Source: Candidatus Zixiibacteriota bacterium
GTDB lineage: Bacteria > Zixibacteria > MSB-5A5 > GN15 > JAAZOE01
Direction of reading: 5' to 3'
DNA: 64,000 bases
Assembly (NCBI GenBank): GCA_043819555.1
Contig: JBDREQ010000025.1
Location: 96,001 to 160,000 of the forward strand
In this document: one piece after another, positions 17,226 to 27,822 of the stretch
Layout: each line of letters begins with the position of its first letter
Position numbering within the stretch: the first letter of the stretch is position 1
Notes under the pieces: model-generated
Seen by the model: the letters and a program-made list of their open reading frames with translations, nothing else
What the model was told of the DNA's origin: nothing
Databases searched by the model: none
Program-made: the position numbers and the translations under genes

Positions 17226-17968
17226 ATATGACTGATTTCGCGGATATTGCGCCTTTCTATGATAAAATGACAGGTTACGCCAATCGATTGATCGGTGATT
17301 TCGGAACCATCAAACATCTCGTCAAGAAATTTAGTATTAAAAACGCGCTTGATGCCGGCTGCGGAAGCGGGGTACACAGTATAATTCTCTCTAAAATCGG
17401 AGTCGATACGATCGGTTTAGATTCCTCCAAACAGATGCTCGATATTGCCAGAGCCAACGCTTTGAAAGAAGGCGTTAAAATCCAATTTGAAAAGGGTTTT
17501 TTTGAATCAATGCCGAATGAATGGACCGGCAAATTTGATTCCGTGTTCTGTCTGGCTAATTCTCTGGTTGGGGCTGAAACTGACAAACGATTATCTCAGG
17601 CAATGAAATCATTTAACAGGGTATTGCGTCCCGGGGGCAAGATTATAATTCAATTGGTAAATATTTTGAAATACCGAAAAGAAAATAACCGGATTATCAA
17701 AGTGTCGTCTGTTGAAAACCTGACCTTTGTTCGGTTTTTTGATTTTGAAAAAGGATCGACTCGCCTTAATGTCCTTATAATTGAAAATGATACGGGGCAG
17801 ATTAAACATAAACTTATTTCGCAGCCGATTCTTCCGATAAGCGCTGAATTAATCCGTGATTCCGCCAAAATTGGCGGTTTTTTATTTTATGAGTTTTTCT
17901 CTGATTTATCCCTGACCGCTCCGTTTTCGGATGACTCCGACAATATGATCGTCGTTTTGACAAAATAG
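17222..17968 (+). CDS. Class I SAM-dependent methyltransferase
   Basis: LDAGCGSG, GLDSS, FDSVFCLANSL, LRPGG. Confidence 0.9.
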   Translation: MNMTDFADIAPFYDKMTGYANRLIGDFGTIKHLVKKFSIKNALDAGCGSGVHSIILSKIGVDTIGLDSSKQMLDIARANALKEGVKIQFEKGFFESMPNEWTGKFDSVFCLANSLVGAETDKRLSQAMKSFNRVLRPGGKIIIQLVNILKYRKENNRIIKVSSVENLTFVRFFDFEKGSTRLNVLIIENDTGQIKHKLISQPILPISAELIRDSAKIGGFLFYEFFSDLSLTAPFSDDSDNMIVVLTK

Positions 17969-18080
17969 CTATATTTGGGCTCTATATTTTTCTTCAATTT
18001 AATCCGATAAAATTAATGATAATCTTGGACAAAGGTGTAACCACGCACGTCTGAAATTGAATGGCTGAAGGACTTTTGTT

Positions 18081-18800
18081 ATGATAGGTTTGATGGGCAG
18101 TCTTGAGGAAGAAATTGAACTCTTTTGCAGACACGCCAAAATTGAAAAAAAGTACAAATATGCCGGAATTGATTTCTATCGCGGAATGATAGATGATGAG
18201 CCGGCAGTTATAGTTCAATGTGGGATTGGGAAAGTGAATGCAGCTTTTTCAACTCAGATTTTACTAAAACGATTCGATATTGACAGAGTCGTATTGACCG
18301 GAGTGGCCGGTCCCCTGGTACCATATCTGCAACAGGGCGATATCGTAGCCGCCAATTATCTGATACAACATGATTCTGATCCGGCCGCTTTTGAGCTGCG
18401 CCAGGGTGAACGCACTTCGGCGGGACGGATGCTTGAAGCCGATCCAAGTATGCTAAGGAGAATGAATGAAGCCTATAATTCTACATATGGATGCCAAACC
18501 AATCGGCCCCAGATGGTCGTTGGCACCATAATTTCCGGACATATATTTATATCAGATAGAAAAACCATCGCTTTTCTTCATCGAGAATTCGGGGCTGTCG
18601 CGGCGGATTTGGAGGGAGCCGCGGTCGCTCATGTTTGCCAATTAAACTCTGTTCCTTTTATAGTGATTCGCACGATATCAGATGAGTCGTCCGGCAACGC
18701 CAATGGGCAGTTCAAAACGTTTCTTGATATGGCTCCGATCAATGTATTTGCCATGATAAGGAATTTCCTCGGGTCGGAAAAATTACAAGTTGTCGGCTGA
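18081..18800 (+). CDS. mtnN: 5'-methylthioadenosine/S-adenosylhomocysteine nucleosidase
   Basis: EEEI, GIGKVNAA, TGVAG, QHD, DLEGAAVAHVC, IRTISD. Confidence 0.85.
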   Translation: MIGLMGSLEEEIELFCRHAKIEKKYKYAGIDFYRGMIDDEPAVIVQCGIGKVNAAFSTQILLKRFDIDRVVLTGVAGPLVPYLQQGDIVAANYLIQHDSDPAAFELRQGERTSAGRMLEADPSMLRRMNEAYNSTYGCQTNRPQMVVGTIISGHIFISDRKTIAFLHREFGAVAADLEGAAVAHVCQLNSVPFIVIRTISDESSGNANGQFKTFLDMAPINVFAMIRNFLGSEKLQVVG

Positions 18801-18947
18801 GAAAAATACTCTCTTTAAATTAATTTCAAAAATAATGAATCAGGCGGAAACAATCATGGGCAATTCCATGTTGACACAATTGAAACCAAAACTATATTAA
18901 GGTGTCATATCACAATGAACCGGCACATGCAGCCCTTGGGAGTTAAA

Positions 18948-21527
18948 ATGTTTAAGAAATTGTTTCTTGCCACCCTCACCACAGCAACATTAATTTTTTT
19001 CTCCGCCCATATATTTGCAGTAGCGCCTTCGCCTGAAATTCTTCAAAAGCTTAAAGATGAAGGCGAGTACGAACAGTTTTTGAATACCATTGCTTCAGCC
19101 CACGCCAAGGGTGTTGATGCCCCAACTGTAAACAGTAACGGCAAGTTGCGTTCCCCTCTGGCATCATTGTCAACAGTCAGGGCCTTAGTCATTCTGATTG
19201 ATTTTGACGATAAACCTTACACCGCCGGTTATACTGCCGGTACGCCGCAGGATTTTGATGAACTATTATTTTCAGAGGGAATTATACCGACCGGTTCCAT
19301 GCGGGAATACTATATTGAAAATTCCTACGGTGAAATATTTATGGAAGGCGACATTGCCGGGTGGTACCGAGCACCCCAATTTTCGGACTATTATGTAAAT
19401 TACTGCGACGGTTCTCATGGTTTTGGTGATTATCCCAATAATGCCCAAAAACTGGTAGAGGACGCCATAAATCTTGCCGACCCCGATATTGATTTCTCTC
19501 TTTACGATAATGATGGCGATGGCTGGGTTGATGCCCTGTTTATCGTTCATTCCGGAACCGGTTATGAAAATACCGGTAATCATTGCGAGATACATTCCCA
19601 CAAATGGGGAATCGGTACGGTTATGAAGGATGGAGTGAGGATTAGTACTTATTCAATGGAGCCGGAAGAAAGCCCCGGCAGCGGCGGCCTTATTCCCATC
19701 GGTGTTTATTGCCATGAACTGGGTCATGTTTTCGGACTACCCGATTTATATGATTATGATTATTCCACATCCGGTGTTGGCCGATGGTGCGTCATGGCCA
19801 CCGGAAGCTATAATGGCGGTTCCCGGACTCCGGCTCAATTTAGCGCCTGGTGTAAGGAACAGCTGGGTTGGGTAAATCCAGTAATTGTAAACGACAACTT
19901 GACCAATGTGGAAATACCAATGACGGTCTGGAATCCGGTATCATATAGACTCTGGGCGGGTGGAGCGATTGGTCCTGAATATTTTCTCGTAGAGAATAGG
20001 CAAAAACAAGGATATGACGCGGCTCTGCCGGGAGGCGGTATTTTAATCTGGCATATTGATGAAACGGTTAATACCGGCAATGATAATGAATGGCATAAAT
20101 TGGTGGCGTTAGAGCAAGCCGATGGGGATTTTGATCTTGAGAATGATAATAATTCCGGAGATATTTATGACCCGTACCCCAGTCCCGCCGGTGTAACTGA
20201 TTTCGGGGTGGGAACAGTCCCCAATTCCAATGATTATGATGATCAGGAAACACAGGTTGGAGTATGGGACATTTCTGCGTCTGATTCAATAATGACGGCC
20301 AATTTTGATATCATGTGGAATCGACCCAATCTCTTATTTCTCCAGACTAATTTTACCGATGGCGGTTACGGAGATGGAGATGGCGTTATTGAGCCGGGGG
20401 AAACAATATTACTTTTTGTCGAGGTGGAAAATATCTGGGCTGATGCGGAAGGAGTTGATCTGACGTTTTCTGTCAATGATCCGGCGATAATAATCAATGC
20501 TTCGTCCGTGACTCTTGGCGATATCCCTCACGGGGCGACAGCTGGAAATACCGGATTTCCGATATCATTCACCGTTCCGGAAAATTACAAACCGCGCATT
20601 GATACTTTCTTTTTTGAGTTTACCGGGAATACCGGCGCATATAGTCAAATTACGCCGATGCAGAAGAATGTCGGCTCCGACGGGGTATTGATTATCGATG
20701 ATGATAATGGCGATGATTATGAAAAGTATTACATCGATCATTTGACAGCAGAATTGCTTCCTTATGTAAACCTTGATAAAACAACTTCTCCGGTAACCGG
20801 AGCAATTCTGGCCAAACATAATACCGTAGTATGGTTTACCGGCGCATATCAGGCGAACCCTCTATCAGTCAATGATATTTCGGCTTTGAAATATTTTATG
20901 GATAACGGCGGAAATCTTTTCCTTACCGGGCAGGGAATAGCGGCTCAGTTGGCGATCCTTGATAATAACTTTCTGACCAATTATCTTCGGGTCGAATATG
21001 TATCAACTTCAATGATTCCACCGGTTATACCTAATACGGGCGGCCAGGTTCTGAATGAGCTGGATACTTTGAACATTCATGGATTTATGGGCGCCAGCAA
21101 TCAATCCAGCCCGGATCATCTTAATGCCGTCAATAGCGGCGTGGTTGAGGCCAATTATGTAATTACCGAGCTGGCAGCAGCTGTTTCATATTCCGGTGAC
21201 TATAAATCAGTGTTTTTCGGTTTCGGATTAGAAGGTATCGGCGAGGACGATACTCGATTTGCCAAACGCTCAGATGTGCTCATGAAAGTTTTGGAATTCC
21301 TGGGCGAAATTAATAATTATGTCCCTGGAGATGCCAATGCAGACGGTTCTGCCAATGTTGGCGATGCTGTTTATATAATTAATCACGCATTTAAAAGCGG
21401 CCCTGCCCCGGTGCCGCCTGAGGCCGGTGATGCGAATGGAGATTGCGGCGTTAATGTCGGCGATGCCGTTTATTTGATAAACTTTGTCTTTAAGGATGGC
21501 CCGGTTCCTTTACCCGGGTGTAATTAA
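18948..21527 (+). CDS. M6 family (immune inhibitor A-like) metalloprotease with C-terminal dockerin
   Basis: Signal peptide; HELGHVFGLPDLYD; EYFLVENR; duplicated GDANxDGxxNVGDAVY dockerin repeat; GGGAG RBS before ATG 18948. Confidence 0.9.
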   Translation: MFKKLFLATLTTATLIFFSAHIFAVAPSPEILQKLKDEGEYEQFLNTIASAHAKGVDAPTVNSNGKLRSPLASLSTVRALVILIDFDDKPYTAGYTAGTPQDFDELLFSEGIIPTGSMREYYIENSYGEIFMEGDIAGWYRAPQFSDYYVNYCDGSHGFGDYPNNAQKLVEDAINLADPDIDFSLYDNDGDGWVDALFIVHSGTGYENTGNHCEIHSHKWGIGTVMKDGVRISTYSMEPEESPGSGGLIPIGVYCHELGHVFGLPDLYDYDYSTSGVGRWCVMATGSYNGGSRTPAQFSAWCKEQLGWVNPVIVNDNLTNVEIPMTVWNPVSYRLWAGGAIGPEYFLVENRQKQGYDAALPGGGILIWHIDETVNTGNDNEWHKLVALEQADGDFDLENDNNSGDIYDPYPSPAGVTDFGVGTVPNSNDYDDQETQVGVWDISASDSIMTANFDIMWNRPNLLFLQTNFTDGGYGDGDGVIEPGETILLFVEVENIWADAEGVDLTFSVNDPAIIINASSVTLGDIPHGATAGNTGFPISFTVPENYKPRIDTFFFEFTGNTGAYSQITPMQKNVGSDGVLIIDDDNGDDYEKYYIDHLTAELLPYVNLDKTTSPVTGAILAKHNTVVWFTGAYQANPLSVNDISALKYFMDNGGNLFLTGQGIAAQLAILDNNFLTNYLRVEYVSTSMIPPVIPNTGGQVLNELDTLNIHGFMGASNQSSPDHLNAVNSGVVEANYVITELAAAVSYSGDYKSVFFGFGLEGIGEDDTRFAKRSDVLMKVLEFLGEINNYVPGDANADGSANVGDAVYIINHAFKSGPAPVPPEAGDANGDCGVNVGDAVYLINFVFKDGPVPLPGCN

Positions 21528-21532
21528 ACTCC

Positions 21533-21560
21533 AAAAGGCGGGCAATTGGTCCGCCTTTTT
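21533..21560 (+). terminator. Intrinsic terminator
   Basis: AAAAGGCGGGC-aattg-GTCCGCCTTTTT. Confidence 0.75.
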
Positions 21561-21667
21561 ATTATCCGCATAACTCAATTCTCTTTTGTTCTTGAAAACG
21601 ATAGCTGTATTTGTTATAATCGCTTACGCTTTAGTTTCGTAGCATATTATAAATTGGGGAGATTATT

Positions 21668-22618
21668 ATGGCTTTCAATAAAGTTGATAAAATATGGATG
21701 AATGGGAAATTGGTCGATTGGGATGATGCCAGGATTCATGTCCTGTCACATGTAGTCCATTATGGTTCATCAGTATTTGAGGGAGAACGAGTTTATAAGA
21801 CATCCAAAGGTCCGGCTTGTTTTCGCATGTACGAGCACACCGACCGATTGTTTAATTCCGCCAAAATTTATCGCATGGAAATTCCATTCACTAAAGATGA
21901 GATTAATCAAGCCCGCCTTGATCTTATTAGAGTCAATAAACTTGACGCCTGTTATGTTCGGCCACTGGTTTATCGCGGGTACGAAAACCTGGGTGTGGAT
22001 CCGGGTACATGCCCGATTGATGTCGCTATCGCGGTATGGCCCTGGGGTAAGTATCTTGGGGAAGATGCCCTCGAAAAAGGCGTTTCTGTATGCGTCTCAT
22101 CATGGACGCGGCCAGCCGGGAATACTTTTCCGATGATGGCCAAATCAGGCGCCAATTACGCCAATTCACAGCTAATCAAGATGGAGGCGACTCGGCGCGG
22201 ATACGCCGAGGGAGTAGCGCTCGATGTCAATGGCATGGTCTCCGAAGGTTCGGCGCAAAATATATTTATCTTCTGGCGTAATGTTCTGTACACGCCATCC
22301 TTCTGCAATTCGATATTACCGGGAATAACTCGAGATACCGTTATCACAATGGCAAAAGATATGGGAGTAAAAGTTGTCGAGACGCCGATTCCGAGAGAAA
22401 TGCTATATATGGCCGATGAGGTTTTCTTTACCGGTTCTGCCGTTGAAGTCACTCCGATTTCCAAAATAGATGATATTGAAATCGGTTCCGGGCGCGCCGG
22501 GGAATTGACCCTTGCTCTGCAAAAAAAGTACTTTGATATCGTTGAGGGTCGAATCGAAGATAAACATAACTGGCTGACCTTTGTCAATCAGCCGGAATCA
22601 GTAAAACATCAGGTGTAA
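21668..22618 (+). CDS. ilvE: Branched-chain amino acid aminotransferase
   Basis: HYGSSVFEG, YVRPL, AKSGANY, EGSAQN, ILPGITR, ADEVFFTGSAVE. Confidence 0.96.
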   Translation: MAFNKVDKIWMNGKLVDWDDARIHVLSHVVHYGSSVFEGERVYKTSKGPACFRMYEHTDRLFNSAKIYRMEIPFTKDEINQARLDLIRVNKLDACYVRPLVYRGYENLGVDPGTCPIDVAIAVWPWGKYLGEDALEKGVSVCVSSWTRPAGNTFPMMAKSGANYANSQLIKMEATRRGYAEGVALDVNGMVSEGSAQNIFIFWRNVLYTPSFCNSILPGITRDTVITMAKDMGVKVVETPIPREMLYMADEVFFTGSAVEVTPISKIDDIEIGSGRAGELTLALQKKYFDIVEGRIEDKHNWLTFVNQPESVKHQV

Positions 22619-22620
22619 CT

Positions 22621-23079
22621 ATGAAGATAGCGATTGGTTCAGACCATGCAGGCTTTGAGTTAAAGGAAAAGGTTAAAGAAATACTTGAAGAATGGAACCA
22701 TGATATAATTGACTTTGGCACTGACTCGACAGATTCGGTTGACTATTCCGACTATGCCATAAAAGTCGCCCAGGCGGTTGCGGCAGGTGATGTTGAGCGC
22801 GGCATAGCGATTTGCTGGACGGGAAATGGAATGACAATCGCGGCTAACAAAGTTGAAGGAATACGCGCTACATTGGGGCTGAATCCCGATATGGCCATGT
22901 TATCGCGAGCGCATAATAATTCCAACGTATTGACACTTGCCTCAAAGTACTTATTAGAAGGTGAATTACGAGAGATACTTAAAGTATGGCTTGAAACTGA
23001 ATTTGAGGCCGGTCGACATACCAGACGTTTGTCGAAAATTCCAAATTCAGGCATGACGGAAAGCAAGACGGAGAAATAA
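22621..23079 (+). CDS. rpiB: Ribose-5-phosphate isomerase B
   Basis: GSDHAG, VDY, CWTGNG, ANKVEGIRA, HNNSN, FEAGRH. Confidence 0.94.
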   Translation: MKIAIGSDHAGFELKEKVKEILEEWNHDIIDFGTDSTDSVDYSDYAIKVAQAVAAGDVERGIAICWTGNGMTIAANKVEGIRATLGLNPDMAMLSRAHNNSNVLTLASKYLLEGELREILKVWLETEFEAGRHTRRLSKIPNSGMTESKTEK

Positions 23080-24345
23080 ATGATGTCTCATATAAAAAAT
23101 ACTGATCCAGAGCTTTATGATGCGCTTACGTCGGAAGCCAAAAGGCAAGCTTTTAAACTCGAACTGATCGCCAGCGAAAATTTCGTTTCCGAGGCAGTCC
23201 TTGAAGCCGCCGGCGGAATAATGACCAACAAATATGCAGAAGGTTATCCGGGAAAAAGATATTACGGCGGATGTGAGCACGTCGATGTCGCTGAAAACCT
23301 GGCCCGCGATCGGGCGAAGGAATTATTTGGGGCCGAACATGTCAACGTTCAGCCTCATTCGGGTTCTCAGGCGAATATGGCCGTTTATTTTTCTGTTTTA
23401 AATCCTGGCGATACAGTGATGGGGCTCGATCTTTCTCACGGCGGCCATTTAACCCATGGCCATCCCATTAATTTTACAGGCCGATTATACAATATCGTTT
23501 CCTATCAGGTTGATCCCCTGACAGAAGTAATTGATTATGATGCCTTGAAAAAGCAGGTTGTCGAGGTCAGACCCAAATTGATTGTTGCGGGAGCTTCGGC
23601 CTATCCTCGCGCTCTCGATTTTGAGAAATTCCGGGAAGCAGCTGATTCGGTCGGTGCTTACCTGATGGTTGATATCGCTCATATCGCCGGTTTGATTGTT
23701 GCCGGTTTGCATCCATCGCCGGTTCCGTTTGCGGATTTTGTAACGACTACGACTCATAAGACGCTGCGCGGACCGCGGGGAGGGATGATCCTGTGCAAAG
23801 AAAAATACGCGGAAGAATTGGATAAAACTGTTATGCCGGGCATTCAGGGCGGACCTTTGATGCATATTATTGCCGCCAAAGCAGTCGCTTTCAAGGAAGC
23901 CATGACTGATGAATTCAAAATTTATCAAAAACAGATCGTTGCCAACGCCGCTGTGTTGGCTCAATCTTTGATGGATAAGGGTATCAAACTGGTCTCTGGC
24001 GGAACAGATACGCATTTAATGCTGATGTCGTTTATCGGTCAGAATCAGGACGACGGCAAAAAAATTACCGGTAAAATGGTCGAGCGGGCTTTGGATCAAG
24101 CCAATATTACCGCCAATAAAAATACGGTGCCGTTTGATCCTGCCAAGCCGTTTGTGACTTCGGGAGTCCGGTTGGGAACTCCGGCGATAACAACGCGGGG
24201 TATGAAAGAGCCCGAGATGGAACAGATTGCCGGATTTATTGCCCGGGTTGTGGATAATCTTGGAGATAAAGAAATATATGCTGCTGTTGCCGAAGATGTC
24301 GTGCAATTATGCTCGAAATATCCGCTATATGTTGAAAGACAATAA
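23080..24345 (+). CDS. glyA: Serine hydroxymethyltransferase
   Basis: [36 protein letters not shown]. Confidence 0.98.
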   Translation: MMSHIKNTDPELYDALTSEAKRQAFKLELIASENFVSEAVLEAAGGIMTNKYAEGYPGKRYYGGCEHVDVAENLARDRAKELFGAEHVNVQPHSGSQANMAVYFSVLNPGDTVMGLDLSHGGHLTHGHPINFTGRLYNIVSYQVDPLTEVIDYDALKKQVVEVRPKLIVAGASAYPRALDFEKFREAADSVGAYLMVDIAHIAGLIVAGLHPSPVPFADFVTTTTHKTLRGPRGGMILCKEKYAEELDKTVMPGIQGGPLMHIIAAKAVAFKEAMTDEFKIYQKQIVANAAVLAQSLMDKGIKLVSGGTDTHLMLMSFIGQNQDDGKKITGKMVERALDQANITANKNTVPFDPAKPFVTSGVRLGTPAITTRGMKEPEMEQIAGFIARVVDNLGDKEIYAAVAEDVVQLCSKYPLYVERQ

Positions 24346-24404
24346 TAACAGACTGGAGTTTACTGCGTATCAATAGGTAGTTTGATAAAAAGGAGAATTA
24401 TAAA

Positions 24405-24710
24405 ATGATCGCGCAGTTTACTATATTCCCGGTCGGAGCCAAAGAATCTTTATCAAAAGATGTTGCGAAAATACTTGACATTATCGATAAATCTGGCCTT
24501 ACTTACCGCTTCGCCTCAATGTCAACTATGGTCGAGGGAAACTGGGATGAGGTGATGGCTCTAATTAAGAAATGCCGTAACAGCATGAGGAGAGCACATA
24601 ATCGGATTTATCTCTCGATAACGATTGATGACCGCAAGGGTGCTCGCAAAAGGCTGAATGGAAAAGTTGAAAGTGTTGAGTACATCTTAAATAGAAAGCT
24701 GCAGAAATGA
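24405..24710 (+). CDS. MTH1187/YqgV thiamine-binding family protein
   Basis: FTIFPVG...SLSKDVA...SGL...STMVEG.WDEV...IDDR...KVESV. Confidence 0.88.
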   Translation: MIAQFTIFPVGAKESLSKDVAKILDIIDKSGLTYRFASMSTMVEGNWDEVMALIKKCRNSMRRAHNRIYLSITIDDRKGARKRLNGKVESVEYILNRKLQK

Positions 24711-25177
24711 GCGAATACCGCATTAGTTATATCACCGTACCGGTGGAAGTCGCCGAGCAGATTGCTCAAACTCTGGTTAAGGAAGAGCTGGCGGCCTGTG
24801 TTAACATTATCGATCAAATGCTGTCAATTTATCGCTGGGAAGGCCAGGTTGAAAAGGCGCATGAATCTTTGCTGATCGTTAAATTCATGTCTGAAAAAAC
24901 CGACGAGCTAATCCAGCGCGTTCGTGAAATTCATCCATACGAGGTTCCTGAATTTATTGCTTTTGACATCACCGCCGGAAATCCTGATTATCTCGATTGG
25001 CTGTCCGGAAAAGAAATCAATATTGATGATCTTGAAATTGACGATGAGGATCTTGATCTTGATGAAGATGAGGACGAAGAAGTAGAGGACGACGAGGATT
25101 CGGGCGACGAAGAAGAGGGCGAGAAAGCTACTGAGGTTATTGAAGAAGAGGAAGGCGAGAAAAAAGAAGACGAATAA
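24707..25177 (+). CDS. cutA: Divalent-cation tolerance protein CutA with long acidic tail
   Basis: LAACVN, SIYRWEG, HPYEVPE, YLDWL, then a D/E-rich tail. Confidence 0.9.
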   Translation: MSEYRISYITVPVEVAEQIAQTLVKEELAACVNIIDQMLSIYRWEGQVEKAHESLLIVKFMSEKTDELIQRVREIHPYEVPEFIAFDITAGNPDYLDWLSGKEINIDDLEIDDEDLDLDEDEDEEVEDDEDSGDEEEGEKATEVIEEEEGEKKEDE

Positions 25178-25461
25178 CCGGGTTTTCGCGTGGTCGCCGG
25201 CAGTTTTCTTATTTACCTAACATGTTGAAAAGTTAATCAATAATCTTCCTGCATTTAATGCCGGATAGAATATTCTCGGCAGCGCCTTGCCGGGCTATAT
25301 TACTGTTAGAAATAATTCGATACACACCTCTATAAGTGCCAAACCAAACAGTATGTTAAAACGTCCGCGGTCGTTTGATTTTGAAATTATGGTTGCGTAA
25401 TCCATTTTTATCATATACAATTCGATTCGCGCATAATATTAAGTAAGGCAGCAAAAACTAT

Positions 25462-25911
25462 ATGAAGTGTCCCTTCTGCAGTCATGAAGAAAACAAGGTT
25501 GTCGATTCTCGGCCGGTGCAGGACGGCCGCGCTGTCAGGCGCCGCCGGGAATGCCTGCAATGCGCGGAACGGTTTACAACTTACGAATATATCGAAGCGG
25601 TGACATTGACGGTCGTCAAATCCGATGATACGCGCGAGGCGTTCGACCGCAATAAAATAATTCATGGCATCAAACTGGCCTGCAACAAACGGCCGATAGG
25701 CTCCGAGAAAATCGAGGCGATGGTTTCCGAAATAGAAACATCTTTGCAGGAGTTGTCCCGAAACGAAGTCACCTCAAAATATATCGGCGAGATAATAATG
25801 GATAAACTCAAAGAAGTGGATGAAATCGCTTATGTTCGTTTCGCGTCGGTTTACCGCAAATTCGCCGATACCACCGAATTCCTCGAAGAAATTAAGAAGC
25901 TTCTAAAGTAA
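25462..25911 (+). CDS. nrdR: Transcriptional repressor NrdR
   Basis: MKCPFC, VVDSR, RRRRECLQC, RFTTYE, AYVRFASVY. Confidence 0.98.
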   Translation: MKCPFCSHEENKVVDSRPVQDGRAVRRRRECLQCAERFTTYEYIEAVTLTVVKSDDTREAFDRNKIIHGIKLACNKRPIGSEKIEAMVSEIETSLQELSRNEVTSKYIGEIIMDKLKEVDEIAYVRFASVYRKFADTTEFLEEIKKLLK

Positions 25912-26235
25912 AAACTCTGTGCAAGCCTGTAAATGGGTTTGTTTCCTCAGATTAACGTTTTGGGTCATATCAAATCAGTGGTGATTACGAATCACTTTTG
26001 AAATGCCATATCGAATTTAATTGTAATTTGCATTATTGGCCTTACCATTTTTAGTTACTCTCACATTAATTGGTAAGTCCATAATTAACGTCCATCTTGA
26101 AGGAAAAATGTGATTGCGATTATTGAATAAATGGTCTATTATTAAATGCATTTGATGAAAACGCTGGAGTGGCGAGTGATATATCTTTTTCCACCTCTAT
26201 AGCCGGGGAGTATCGTAAACTATGAGAATAATGCA

Positions 26236-26817
26236 ATGCCGAAAAATCAAATAACTCGGATAATTGGAATTGATCCTTATAATTGTTCGTTCAATGATCT
26301 TCATAAGATAATATCGAAACTGCATGATGGCAAAAGGGCAAAGCTTTTCCGTTTTTGCCAAAGATGTTTAATTGAGTCAGACATAGGAATAAATGAAGAG
26401 AAGCATGTAGTCATGGTGAGATTTTTAATGGCATTGTTGCCAGAATCCCTTGACGAAATATTAAATCTTTTGCAGAGCATGTATGATCGGACAACATATG
26501 AAATTCACTTTACAGTGTTTTGCTATCTTGACAGAGTATTGGATATATGTAAATCAAAACGAGTGTTGAATAAGATTCTCGTTACAATCTCAGAATACTT
26601 CCTAATTATCGAGACAAATACAGCATCAGCGGCATGGATGGCTGGTGATTTATTGGGTGACCATTGGCTAACAAATGAAACGTTTAAAATTTTACTAAAT
26701 TCCGCTAAACGGGCCAGGTTTGTTCCGGGTAGAATGGGAGCCTTGCATGGATTACAAATGAGATTAGAAAATTCATCATTAAATCATAAACAAATCATAA
26801 GTTATATAATGCACTAA
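26236..26817 (+). CDS. Hypothetical helical-repeat protein, possibly frameshifted near the 3' end
   Basis: AT-rich ORF; an alternative frame continues as ALKLISKSDRSASVRLFAKNLLS to 26882. Confidence 0.55.
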   Translation: MPKNQITRIIGIDPYNCSFNDLHKIISKLHDGKRAKLFRFCQRCLIESDIGINEEKHVVMVRFLMALLPESLDEILNLLQSMYDRTTYEIHFTVFCYLDRVLDICKSKRVLNKILVTISEYFLIIETNTASAAWMAGDLLGDHWLTNETFKILLNSAKRARFVPGRMGALHGLQMRLENSSLNHKQIISYIMH

Positions 26818-26896
26818 AACTAATTTCCAAATCAGACAGAAGCGCATCGGTGCGACTATTCGCAAAAAACTTGTTGAGTTGATTTCATATTTGATT

Positions 26897-26921
26897 GGCT
26901 GAAGCACCCTGGGCTTCAGCC
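26897..26921. repeat. GC-rich palindrome between convergent genes (REP-like or terminator)
   Basis: GGCTGAAGC-accctgg-GCTTCAGCC. Confidence 0.55.
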
Positions 26922-26934
26922 CTGTAAAATTATC

Positions 26935-27669
26935 TCAATTGGCATCAATCAGACTTCCGGAGCCGGTTACGGTCAGGTTAATTGAAGGCTGGCCTTTGTA
27001 ATAAATTGTTCCGACGCCGCTGAGTACTCCATTTAAATAATCATCGGCATAGAGTTCAATGTTTCCCACTCCGCTCAGATTAATAACAGTGGTATCGGTA
27101 ATGAAATCAAAGGCGATAACATTTCCCGCTCCGGGGTGGTTACAGGCATGATTGGTCGCCGAGCCGCTTAAAATAATATTTCCAGCTCCAGCTAACAATG
27201 AACTAAGTGTGGTAACGTAGGCGTTTAATATAATATTGCCTGCACCCGGCAAATCTATAATCAGTTCATCTTCCTGAATGGTTCCGGTGTTTGTGATATT
27301 TCCCGCGCCGGTCAATACCAACTCTTCGACGCCGGTCATAACCAGATTAACATTCAGGTCCATATTTGAAAAAGTCGTGTTGGGCGCCGAGCCAATTATC
27401 AGCACTCCATTTACCACGGTGGTGGTTATATATTGATGGATATTATCATCCACCGATATTGAAACTGAATGTTGCGCGCCCATCGTGATGTTAACGTCGC
27501 CGGCTGACCTGAAATTAACCGATTGAAAATTGGGCAGTGTTCTTTCGATTGTGGTTATATTGCCGGAGCCGGTAATTTTTACTGAGCTAGTCGGATTATC
27601 ATCAACTGAACATGATACAAACAACGTCAGCGATAATAAGCACAATATAAAAGATGGAATAGGTTTCAT
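26935..27669 (-). CDS. DUF2807 (head GIN, auto-transporter adhesin-like) lipoprotein
   Basis: Lipobox FVS-C; repeated GAGNI motifs; ITGSGN...ER, Y.GQPS; GGAGG RBS before ATG 27669. Confidence 0.88.
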   Translation of the reverse strand: MKPIPSFILCLLSLTLFVSCSVDDNPTSSVKITGSGNITTIERTLPNFQSVNFRSAGDVNITMGAQHSVSISVDDNIHQYITTTVVNGVLIIGSAPNTTFSNMDLNVNLVMTGVEELVLTGAGNITNTGTIQEDELIIDLPGAGNIILNAYVTTLSSLLAGAGNIILSGSATNHACNHPGAGNVIAFDFITDTTVINLSGVGNIELYADDYLNGVLSGVGTIYYKGQPSINLTVTGSGSLIDAN

Positions 27670-27822
27670 TTTTTGGCCTCCCTTTTTTAAAGATATCTTT
27701 GAATACTCCATTTCACGATAATTGTTTCAATTTAATGCGACGGATTTAATTATGCGAACTCAAAGTTAAGAGTTAATTGCTTTATTGACTTTTGGAGAAT
27801 AATCGGCTTTTATTAGCCCATT

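Noticed and set aside
23071..23090. rpiB and glyA abut in frame (TAA ATG), suggesting a readthrough fusion
   Set aside because: Both proteins are complete and glyA has its own GGAG RBS; ordinary translational coupling. flgI/flgJ at 51335-51340 abut the same way
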